Source of the DNA: Bacteroidota bacterium | GTDB lineage: Bacteria > Bacteroidota > Bacteroidia > JAADEI01 | Direction of reading: 5' to 3' | Assembly: GCA_026992635.1 (NCBI GenBank) | Contig: JALWYU010000047.1 | Location: 1 to 59,852, forward strand | DNA: 59,852 nucleotides | The notes under the pieces: generated by a model | The model's database searches: none | Told to the model about the DNA's origin: nothing | Seen by the model: the letters and a program-made list of their open reading frames with translations, nothing else | In this document: positions 17,913-26,181 of the stretch, one piece after another | Position numbering within the stretch: the stretch's first letter is position 1 | Layout of the letters: each line of letters starts with the position of its first letter | Made by a program: the position numbers and the translations under genes

Positions 17913-18860
17913 ATGGTTTTGTGGACACTTCGCTGGCAGGGTAATGTTTCGGTAGCGACTTTGGTGGCTTTTGGAGTCGGATTGATTTTCGGGTTGGCTG
18001 CTTGTCAAGGTGGGTCGGAGTCGAGTGCTGAGCAGCAGAAGGAGGGTGGTTCCTCGTCTTCGGAGGCGGTATCGCAGGGAGGCAAGGCTGGGCATATCAT
18101 TTCTGGTGAAGAACGGTATGTTCCGTTTGAATTGCGTGAGGAGCCGGTCTCGCCTGAGCAGCTCTGTGAGATTTTGGATGGGCTGGTTTTACCGGAGGCG
18201 GTAAAGCAGCTGTTGATGGAAGGGATAAAGGTTTCGCAGTCGGATTATTGTGCGCGGATGAACAATGGGCTGAAGACGAACCAGCTGCCGATACCGGACA
18301 TAATAGAAGAAACTTTTCAGAGCATTCGGAAGCATCATCCTGAATTGCTGGTGTATGCGCGCACGGAGTGGACGAAGCAGGTGGAGGTTGCCCAGGCAAT
18401 CATATTGCGGTTTATTCGGTTGCCCAATTTGATGGTGGAGATTGTGTTTGTGCCGCAGGGTTTGTCGTCTGTTGTGGAGGCTGAGGTGAAGGTTTTGCAT
18501 GATCTGAATGCGGATAAAATCTGGAAGTACGATTATGTGGTTGGCGTTTTGGAGCCTGTTGCGCAGGAGATTGCCAACCAGTTGAAATTGCAGCAGCAGC
18601 CCATACTGCGCTCGTATGAGAATGGCGCGATTACTTACACGTATTCGGTGCCACCGGATCAGCAAACTGATCAGCTGGTTGCGCAGCTCCGTGATTATTT
18701 AGAGCGGACGGGCTGGCAGAATATTGACTATGCGTCTATGATGGGTGTCACTGCGCTGGAAGCAGAAAAGGAGGGTGTAAAGTTGACGATGGGTGATGTG
18801 AGGGACTTGATGCTGCAAAGTAATGCGATGTTTACGTTTGTGTTGCAGGTCAAGGAGTAA
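17913..18860 (+). CDS. Hypothetical lipoprotein
   Basis: ATG 17913 gives MVLWTLRWQGNVSVATLVAFGVGLIFGLAAC, a signal peptide with an LAAC lipobox, followed by a Ser/Gly/Glu-rich linker. The ORF-track start at 17835 lies inside the palindrome. Confidence 0.6.
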   Translation: MVLWTLRWQGNVSVATLVAFGVGLIFGLAACQGGSESSAEQQKEGGSSSSEAVSQGGKAGHIISGEERYVPFELREEPVSPEQLCEILDGLVLPEAVKQLLMEGIKVSQSDYCARMNNGLKTNQLPIPDIIEETFQSIRKHHPELLVYARTEWTKQVEVAQAIILRFIRLPNLMVEIVFVPQGLSSVVEAEVKVLHDLNADKIWKYDYVVGVLEPVAQEIANQLKLQQQPILRSYENGAITYTYSVPPDQQTDQLVAQLRDYLERTGWQNIDYASMMGVTALEAEKEGVKLTMGDVRDLMLQSNAMFTFVLQVKE

Positions 18861-18880
18861 AGTGGGGTGGAGGGGGAGCG

Positions 18881-19459
18881 TTGTGTTGTGCCCAAAGGTT
18901 GTCCTGCATGCTGGATTTGTTTGGTTTTCGGGTGCATGTTGTGTTTTGGGTAGGGGAGTTGGGCGGGCACTTATCGGGTTTGGGGAGCACGTCATCGGTG
19001 GGTGTACCGGTTCTGGCGTATGCCTGGCATTTTGGCCGGGAGAAAGCGTGGGAGCACCTTCACAAGATTGCGGAATATCATAGTCTGGAAGGCAGGTCGG
19101 TAGAATCGCCCAACCTGGAGTGCTGGTTAAAGGACTGGCTGCAAAGAGTTGTTATTCAGGGCAGTCAGTTTTCGCTACCACCTGTTGGGTACAGGCATCG
19201 TGAGGTTTACGAAGCGGTGCTTCAGATTCCGAAGGGCAGGACAAGGACTTATAGCGAAGTTGCCCGACAAGCACAGGTCCCATTCCCTACTTTACTGAGT
19301 GCGTTGATGCGAAATCCGTTTCAGGTTTTGATACCCTGCCATCGGCTGGTGACGCGTAAGGGTACGTTGATGGGGTTTTACCCGCTGGGTAAACCGGTGA
19401 AAGCACGGTTGCTGGCGGTGGAGGGTACGTATACTGGTGCGGACTTAGGGGTATCATGA
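18881..19459 (+). CDS. ogt: Methylated-DNA-protein-cysteine methyltransferase (Ogt/Ada C-terminal domain)
   Basis: The active site reads IPCHRLV, preceded by TYSEVARQA. The N-terminal start is uncertain. Confidence 0.8.
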   Translation: MCCAQRLSCMLDLFGFRVHVVFWVGELGGHLSGLGSTSSVGVPVLAYAWHFGREKAWEHLHKIAEYHSLEGRSVESPNLECWLKDWLQRVVIQGSQFSLPPVGYRHREVYEAVLQIPKGRTRTYSEVARQAQVPFPTLLSALMRNPFQVLIPCHRLVTRKGTLMGFYPLGKPVKARLLAVEGTYTGADLGVS

Positions 19460-19475
19460 GTAGGGAAGCGCGGTA

Positions 19476-21233
19476 TTATGGGCAAGCTTGCTGTAAAGTC
19501 CCATGTGTACCGGCTGTACCAGAGAAATTGTAGGTGTTGACGGTGGTGCTGGATGGGAGAGCAACGTTGCTGGGCGAGACGGGCCAAGTTGTGATGTATG
19601 AAGCCGATTCACTGAAGCAACCCGAAGTACATGTTGTGCTGCCATCAGGATTCAGGACAATCACCAGGAAATCCGTACTGCCGTTGCCAAAAGAAGTGGT
19701 TCTTCCTAAGATAACAATGCGCTGGTTACTGGTTTCACCGATAGTAATGCCCTGATCATCACCATTTCCGCCAATGATTCTTGCCCATTTGAGGTTTCCG
19801 TTGGCATCCAGTCGGGCAACGTATACGTTATTACCGCCTTGTGTTCCTCCATTTGTAGTTGCTGTGACTAAAATGTCTCCATTAGAAGCAACGTAGCCCA
19901 TACCGGATGAATAGGAGGGTAACCATTCGGAGGAAGCGGCGGTTGCGCCTAATCGTTTTGCCCAAATGACATTTCCGGACAGGTCTATCTCTATGACTTT
20001 GATATCGCTGGATTCAATGCCTGCTGCAACGATATTACCGTTTGGGGCTTCGCCCAGCCAGTAGAAGGTTCCGCTTCCGTATTGCTTACACCATGCTGGT
20101 GAGAGATTCGCGTCGTACTGACAGATGTGTCCGTTGACACCTGCTGTGAATAGAGTACCATTCGTGTGTTTCTTTACTGCCCAGGGTCGGCTGTAAGAAA
20201 AAGCGGCTGTGATATTGATTGTAGAGAGATCCACTATAATCAGCTGTCCGGAAGCATCACCCACTGCGATTTTGTTGTTACCGAGGTACTCTATCGTTGT
20301 ACCCCAGGATATTGGATCCAGATAGTAAGTGTTTCCGATTGTATTGCCCGTGTTTGCATTGATTCTTACAAGGTAGTTACTCCATCCTCCAATGCCTATA
20401 GGGATCCATCCGGTTATGACATAATATCCTGCAGGTATTTTCTCTATACCTACAGCGGCATCCCAAGAGCCGTAGTCCATGGTGTATGTCCAATTCACTG
20501 TGCCTGTTGTGAGATCAACCTTGGCTACATATATATTTGTGCTGCCCGAACCACAAGAATTGCATTCACCGATCAGGACAGCATATTGTCCATCAATCAT
20601 ACCTGTATAGAGGAAGTCTTGTCCGGAGCCACCGATTGCCAGGCAGTATCCAATGCAAGAATCAGCCGTCACAGAAAGAGAAGTTGCCATACCGCATCCA
20701 CACTGGTTGCACACTTGAACACCAATTGTTCCGTCAGTTGTATCCGGTAAGACTTGCAGGGTTGCAGTACCTTGTCCGTTCAGCATTGTCCACCCAGGAG
20801 GCGTTTGCCAAAGGTATGTTGCTCCACCAGGACAGTCGCTTACTGTATACATGATCGTATCCCCGGTACAGGCAAAGGAGGGTCCATTAATTGTAGGTGT
20901 ACATGTGGGCGGCTGGCACAGTCGTGGGCAGGAGATGGTGTACCATTGATGTGTGAGCGTGTCGTAGACTTCTAAGCAGAAGGAGTCAATGTTGAAGATG
21001 ATGAGGGTGTGATCAGGGTTTTGAATAGCATTGCGTTGCTGTGTGGTGAGACGGGGTATAAGAAGCCCGCGTGAAGTATCCTGAAGTTCTAAGAGGGCAG
21101 TGGGTGCAGGATTTGTAGTGCCGATGCCGACGTTTTGTGCGAGGGTGGGTTCAGTCAGGCATGGGTAGAGCAGAACAGAGAAGAGAAGAGAAGAGAAGAG
21201 TAGAGTAGAGTAGAGTAGAGTAGAGTCTCCTGC
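19476..21233 (-). CDS. Secreted-protein paralog 1: shared N-terminal module plus Cys-rich linker plus propeller-like repeat domain. It currently has no in-frame start codon (phase-OFF or a pseudogene).
   Basis: My translation upstream of the track ORF (M at 20852) stays open to the TAA at 21234-21236. It reads AGDSTLLYSTLLFSSLLFSVLLYPCLTEPTLAQNVGIGTTNPAPTALLELQDTSRGLLIPRLTTQQRNAIQNPDHTLIIFNIDSFCLEVYD.... There is no ATG, GTG or TTG in those 127 codons. Confidence 0.7.
   Translation of the reverse strand, partial: AGDSTLLYSTLLFSSLLFSVLLYPCLTEPTLAQNVGIGTTNPAPTALLELQDTSRGLLIPRLTTQQRNAIQNPDHTLIIFNIDSFCLEVYDTLTHQWYTISCPRLCQPPTCTPTINGPSFACTGDTIMYTVSDCPGGATYLWQTPPGWTMLNGQGTATLQVLPDTTDGTIGVQVCNQCGCGMATSLSVTADSCIGYCLAIGGSGQDFLYTGMIDGQYAVLIGECNSCGSGSTNIYVAKVDLTTGTVNWTYTMDYGSWDAAVGIEKIPAGYYVITGWIPIGIGGWSNYLVRINANTGNTIGNTYYLDPISWGTTIEYLGNNKIAVGDASGQLIIVDLSTINITAAFSYSRPWAVKKHTNGTLFTAGVNGHICQYDANLSPAWCKQYGSGTFYWLGEAPNGNIVAAGIESSDIKVIEIDLSGNVIWAKRLGATAASSEWLPSYSSGMGYVASNGDILVTATTNGGTQGGNNVYVARLDANGNLKWARIIGGNGDDQGITIGETSNQRIVILGRTTSFGNGSTDFLVIVLNPDGSTTCTSGCFSESASYITTWPVSPSNVALPSSTTVNTYNFSGTAGTHGTLQQACP
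21172..21225. repeat. Pentanucleotide tandem repeat: 4 x AGAAG then 5 x AGTAG on the + strand (CTACT/CTTCT in the gene sense)
   Basis: Counted directly: AGAAG x4 at 21179-21198 and AGTAG x5 at 21199-21223. The tract encodes the hydrophobic core of the signal peptide of paralog 1. Confidence 0.95.
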
Positions 21234-21270
21234 TTACTGGGTGAACATAATTGACAGATTCTCTGTCAGC

Positions 21271-21291
21271 TGTGTGTGTATGTGTGTGTGT
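21271..21291. repeat. TG/CA dinucleotide tract, (TG)4 TA (TG)5
   Basis: Read directly. It lies between the only upstream ATG (21307-21305, minus strand) and the pentanucleotide tract. Confidence 0.9.
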
Positions 21292-21628
21292 AATTGGCTT
21301 GTTTCATGGCTGTTCTGGATTTTGGGGTCGGCTTTGGGTGAGGTGCGTGAGGACGAGTTTAGAGATAAGTTATGGAGTCCCGGGGAAAATTTTTGTAGTG
21401 GAAGTTGAAGGGGATTTTGTGGAGTAGCAGGTTGTGCTGTGTGCGAGTGGGAGGGGTGCATGCTGATTGGGAAGTACAATGTGTGGGGTATAGGAAGGGC
21501 AAGGAATATTCTCTACTGGGAGAAAAAATGCTCTATGGCTGGGGAACGTGAGAAAGTTCCCAAAATTGCGTCTAGTATATATTACTGTGTATAAGCTATT
21601 TGCGAAAGCCTTCATGATTTCCTGGATT

Positions 21629-22696
21629 TTATTCTTCCCTTTCCCGAGAACCAAGCAGTTCATTCAGTCGGGCACAAACGCGCCGTCGTTGAAAAGGTTC
21701 TGAAGATTGCGGAGCACCCGGCACAGTGGATTGCGCAAGAAACCGACGCATCTGACGAAATAGACTCTCCACAGGATTGTTCGTGTAGATCAACCGGCGA
21801 ATCTCAGGCGGATAACGCAAATGTACTGTCAGGGCTTGAAACCGCTGTTACAACGAGCGCACAATGGAAGGATAGGTCCGTCCATATTGCTGGACAAAGG
21901 TTTGCAACAGTTGATGCGCATGCTGTGGGTTGTCTGCTTCAATCAACATTTGCCGTAGCAGGTTGCTTATGCGTTTTCGGTCTTGCTTACGGACTTTCGC
22001 TAGCCATTGCCGAAGCATGTGCAAAACACACAGTTGGTGCTGTGCGCCGGGAAAAACCTCAGCAATGACTTCGTCCAGTCCAGGCAGTCCATCAGTTACA
22101 ATGACCTCTACGTGTTTCAGTCCACGCTGACGAAGGCGCTCCAGCAATTCGCGGTAGCAATCCTTTTGCTCGCCATCGGCAACCACCACCTCAAAGTCTG
22201 CCACCTGCCTGTAGCCTTCATAGTTCAGAATCACCGCTACAAGCACTAAACAGGGCACGACCGTTTTCTGATACCACAGACGGATGCGGGCGGCATCTAT
22301 CCAAAGCGCAAAGGCTTTCTGTGGAAGTGCACTGACCCGAAAGCCCAGAATGTATTCCATCACTTCTATGATTCTGCGCCGGGAAAGCCCGGCAGCAAAC
22401 AATGCTAAGAAGACTGTGCTGAGGAGGTTCGTCATTCGTTGCCACCTGGGCGGAAGTAGTGATGGATAGAACTGTCCGGAGCGTGTTCGGGGCACACGCA
22501 ACCCTTCCACTTTACCCAGTTCGTCGTCCAGGAGTGTGCGTTCGTAGTAGCCGTTACCTCTGTCTTCGGGATGTTCTTCCAGCCGTTCTTCCCGTTCCTG
22601 GTTCATGGCTTTTTCCAGGGCTTCCTTAGCGATTTGTTGCTGTTGCTTTCGGATTTGCTCCTTAACTTGCTTATAGGTGAGTTTTGCTTTTTTCAT
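21629..22696 (-). mobile_element. IS256-family (Mutator-type) transposase gene, inactivated by one in-frame TAA and shorter than usual
   Basis: The N-terminal ORF (282 aa) has GLRVPRTRSGQFYPSLLP, WIDAARIRLWY and VIVTDGLPGLDEVIAEVFPGAQHQLCVLHMLR. The stop at 21848-21850 is in the same frame as the downstream QRFQALTVHLRYPPEIRRLIYTNNPVESLFRQMRR. The region between the RSGQF and DA motifs looks truncated. Confidence 0.8.
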
Positions 22697-22736
22697 GGTT
22701 TTTGGATTTTGGAGTTTGCTTTTTCATGATTAAGAT

Positions 22737-22776
22737 GGGGAGGAAACCCGAAAGGGAGAGGGAGGGTTTCCTCCCC
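22737..22776. repeat. 13-bp perfect inverted repeat (GGGGAGGAAACCC / GGGTTTCCTCCCC) with a 14-nt loop, just upstream of the IS256 transposase start
   Basis: The arms are 22737-22749 and 22764-22776, read directly. On the + strand it is followed by TCCTTTTC. Its function is unknown; it could be an IS end or a terminator. Confidence 0.6.
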
Positions 22777-22825
22777 TCCTTTTCAGGAATGTTGCTGGCA
22801 GACAGCATGTTATGCCAGGCTCTCC

Positions 22826-23145
22826 CTGACACAATTTTTGAAACACTCCCAGTCAAAGGACAACCTCCACCCCTACAAGAAATCCAATTCCCCAGCCAAA
22901 AGCCATCTTTCCCCAATCAACGGGCAATTTTTCCCCTCTGAAAAGCAATTTTTCCCATCCAAAGGGAATTGTTTCCCTTACAAAGAGCATTTTTCTCCAA
23001 CCCAAAAGCAAACTCCACCCCTCCCAAAACCAAATTCCCCACTCAAAGCACATTCTTCCCCCAGCCAGAAAGTAACTTTTCCCTTCTAAGGGGCAACCTC
23101 TTCCCTCCAAAGTGCAATTTTTCCCTTTTCAGCCACATCACACCC
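22826..23145 (+). repeat. Array A: about 14-15 tandem degenerate 20-23-bp units, consensus roughly a.cCAAAag.cAAtTTTTCCCc
   Basis: Example units are aatcaacgggcaatttttcccc, tctgaaaagcaatttttccc, atccaaagggaattgtttccc, agccagaaagtaacttttccc and tccaaagtgcaatttttccc. No single reading frame stays open across the array. Confidence 0.8.
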
Positions 23146-23575
23146 TCTACCGCATCTGCACAAATAATTAGATCCCACAAAAATTCCCCTTAATACCCCC
23201 AAATTTTCTCCAGGACTGCTTAACTTATTCCTGAATCTCCCCTGCGTGCCTCATTCAAAAGAAACACGGGAAACTTAGGATATCATGAAACCAGACAAAT
23301 TTTCCCCCACCCACGCAAATAGATTTGCCAAACAAGCAATCAACGATCCCTTGGCATGTAGTCCCATTCTGGTATACACACCGAGAGACTTTCTATAGCG
23401 GGTTTCAATTTATCCGACGAAGAGTCTTTCATAGTCGCTGTACTTTCTGGTAGTCTGAGGGAGTGAGCAGGATAGTTCTTCCTTGTGTTGCTTTTTCGCT
23501 TAAATAGTGCGCCATTCCCACAACTTCCGGAACAATTCCAAAAAATAGGCGCCAGAGAAAATTGAAGTTAGCACA

Positions 23576-24136
23576 TTGAATTTGACCATAAACGAACACC
23601 TGAAAAATCATAGAGCCATGAGGAAAATGGGTTTGCTGGCTACCGCATTACTCAGCTTGCTTGGACAACATGTTGTCGCACGTGTCGTTTCTGTAGAAAT
23701 TGAACTCCATGATTCATTACAGTACCAAGTGCCATGCAAGGGATACAGGAGAGTAATTTGCTCCGAAGAGGACCCACGAGTGGTTCTTTGCATTGGCTGC
23801 GGAAATCTTGCGTGTTGTGCCAGCGCAATTATCCATCCCAATTCAAAACTCATGCTGTTGAATGCGCTGGAGCACATCAAAGCGACCAGCACGGATTATA
23901 TTTTTGCAAATTTGGTTTCGGAAGCAATTCAGCAAGTAGTTCAGGGACAACTCAACGGCAGATTACTATATATCCCGCCTGAAGCAAATATCAGTGAGCA
24001 TGAAGCGTTAATGCTGTTTGATAGAGCATTAAAGGGTGAGGAGGAAGCAAAGCAAATGCTTCAGGAAATAAGAATCAGGATTCTCGCGTGGGCTATTCGT
24101 GATAACAAAATTTTCATCAAAGGGTGGGAACAATGA
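23576..24136 (+). CDS. Hypothetical secreted protein (orphan). The likely start is ATG 23618 (MRKMGLLATALLSLLGQHVVA).
   Basis: It has a signal-peptide-like N terminus, a Cys cluster (CIGCGNLACCASA) and a helical C-terminal half. The DNA is AT-richer than its surroundings. It overlaps the next ORF by 13 nt. Confidence 0.5.
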   Translation: MNLTINEHLKNHRAMRKMGLLATALLSLLGQHVVARVVSVEIELHDSLQYQVPCKGYRRVICSEEDPRVVLCIGCGNLACCASAIIHPNSKLMLLNALEHIKATSTDYIFANLVSEAIQQVVQGQLNGRLLYIPPEANISEHEALMLFDRALKGEEEAKQMLQEIRIRILAWAIRDNKIFIKGWEQ

Positions 24137-25656
24137 GATTTTCAATTAGCGCATGTATTCTCGCATGGGCGGAGCTGCTGACCAGCTCCGCCCAAACCTT
24201 TCTGCTTTTTAGCGAAAAAGACCTGCTTAAATATGACAGCACGCAGTGCAATGAAGGCGCATTGTATATCTTGAACCATAAAACGGCCTTTCAATGTGTA
24301 AAAGGAAAACTTTTTCGGCAACAAGGATATGTTTCCTACACTACAATTGCCGATGCAGGAAAGCAATATGCCCTTAGCCAAATCAACGCAGGTATTGATT
24401 CAGGTAAGGTGAAATGGTCAGTCTGCACGATCCAATGGCACAGAAAAGGCATCATCAAATACATAGACGTAAAGTGTCCGGACTCCATCAAATGGACGCA
24501 CGTTTGTCCCCTTCACTTTCCTTGCGGAAACCTCAAGTTTCAATACATTGACAACCAGGAATTGCTCAACCCCGACTCACACCTTCTTTATGTACGGGCA
24601 CTGGAGCCACCCAATCAGCTTTACGCCCTGTCCCTAAAGCAGAATAAGACAGAGCCATTGCGCTATGAGGGTAACCTGTTTTTCTTCAACGGGAAGTACC
24701 CTCTCGCAAAATACAAAATCAAGTTCGCATTCCCGGATTCTGTTTACCCCGACTTATTGGCAGCTCCATTGCTGGTCCATTATGACCCTACAAAGCTGGT
24801 TTTCATCTTTGCGTACGCATTTCGGAAAAGTATCGGGCTTCTCAAATGTGCAACCGATACCTGTCAATGGACAAACATATTTACTACAACCAGGACACCT
24901 TATCTAATTGGCGCATTATCAGGGAAATACCTCTTCTTCTTTGACGACGGCAAGCTGAAATACTTCAATCTAAGCCAGGAAAAAATTCACGAACTGGATT
25001 CATTCCCAACACATATGTACATTTACCTGACCGCTTCCCCCAAAGCCTCTTACTGGTGCTCGTGGTGCAGGCGCTACCAGCTCTGGCTGATCAACCCCTT
25101 TGCCGGAGTCCTATACAGATACGAGTTCAAAACAAAGAATGCAGAAAACGAACTTCTCAGCAGCAAAGAGATTTACATTTTAGACTCCAAAATTTACCAC
25201 AGCTATGTGAGCAGGCAAAACGAAGTAGATTCTGTATTCGCCCACGTCCCAGCATTGTGTGATGCCCAGCGCATCGCTGGAACAATCACGAGCGGAAGTC
25301 TTTTTCTGAGAGGAGTCCTTTCTGACAATACCATTTGGATATCTATGCAGAAGACGGTATTTCCTTGCGATAAATTCATAACACCCGAAAAGATTCATTA
25401 CGAGGAAATCATCCGTCTTGACCATGACTCACTGCGAAGATTCAGGACTGCCCACGAAAAAGACTGCTGGAAAACCGTAACGGACGATATGGATGAATTA
25501 TACAAATACCTGGTTTTCAATGTAGATATCGCTCCTATGCGACTGACAGAGCGCAACCAAATAATAGAGGTGTATGCGACAAACATCCTGGAATCAGCAG
25601 TAAACAAAACCACAGGAATATTGAAACGATTTCATATTCATATTAGCATGTTTTGA
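24124..25656 (+). CDS. Hypothetical secreted protein (orphan, 510 aa)
   Basis: A long uninterrupted ORF in AT-richer DNA, with the N-terminal signal-like sequence MRFSISACILAWAELLTSSAQ. I recognise no family. Confidence 0.55.
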   Translation: MGTMRFSISACILAWAELLTSSAQTFLLFSEKDLLKYDSTQCNEGALYILNHKTAFQCVKGKLFRQQGYVSYTTIADAGKQYALSQINAGIDSGKVKWSVCTIQWHRKGIIKYIDVKCPDSIKWTHVCPLHFPCGNLKFQYIDNQELLNPDSHLLYVRALEPPNQLYALSLKQNKTEPLRYEGNLFFFNGKYPLAKYKIKFAFPDSVYPDLLAAPLLVHYDPTKLVFIFAYAFRKSIGLLKCATDTCQWTNIFTTTRTPYLIGALSGKYLFFFDDGKLKYFNLSQEKIHELDSFPTHMYIYLTASPKASYWCSWCRRYQLWLINPFAGVLYRYEFKTKNAENELLSSKEIYILDSKIYHSYVSRQNEVDSVFAHVPALCDAQRIAGTITSGSLFLRGVLSDNTIWISMQKTVFPCDKFITPEKIHYEEIIRLDHDSLRRFRTAHEKDCWKTVTDDMDELYKYLVFNVDIAPMRLTERNQIIEVYATNILESAVNKTTGILKRFHIHISMF

Positions 25657-26181
25657 GAAAAACAAGTTTTGAATACCATTAAAGCACTAAAGCATTCACC
25701 AATTAAACCTGATCTCCAGACCCAACCTCTCTAACCATCAATCTTCCCCCGTAGAACACCGCCACTCCAACCAGCAAGCAACTTTACCCCTTCTAAGCCC
25801 CCTGCTTGACCAGGTCATCACGCACCCAACTAAAAAGACCTTCCAAAAAACTTTTGACAAAGAGATCAGTGTCCCTTCCCAAGGCGTCTACCTCCCGCCC
25901 AAAAACCACCGACTTAATTCATTGTCCTGACCCACGCTTTTGCTGGAGCAACTGCCGGATTTTCTCAGGATGGGCAGGTAAACTCCACCTAAACCCCTAA
26001 ATTAATCCACATGATATAGAGTTTTTCTTCGGATCTGCAAGGAACTTTCCATATGGATTGTTTGTTTTCTCTATCCGAAATAGCCCATCATGACAAGGCA
26101 TTTGCCAAAATTTAATCCCCATGAAAAGAGAAGAACAATTCCCCACAACCAAAACCCAAGCATCTCCGTCCCGTCTGGGCG

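Noticed and set aside
17690-17955. ORFs on both strands containing the same peptide WLAGSCGAVRRHNSLQASAQRPRQ
   Set aside because: They are mirror images produced by reading through the 90-bp perfect palindrome, and are not coding.
22826-23145. Possible CRISPR array (and likewise 27675-27798 and 28000-28110)
   Set aside because: The units are contiguous and degenerate with no unique spacers between conserved repeats, and there are no cas genes. The 28000-28110 periodicity is the coding SSGGT(V/T) tail of paralog 2.
22684-23193. Track ORFs of 74-85 aa with heptad-like FFPS/FSP repeats
   Set aside because: They lie inside the degenerate 21-22-bp tandem array. The apparent repeat peptide switches frame from unit to unit because unit lengths vary from 20 to 23 bp. 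There is no start or signal context.
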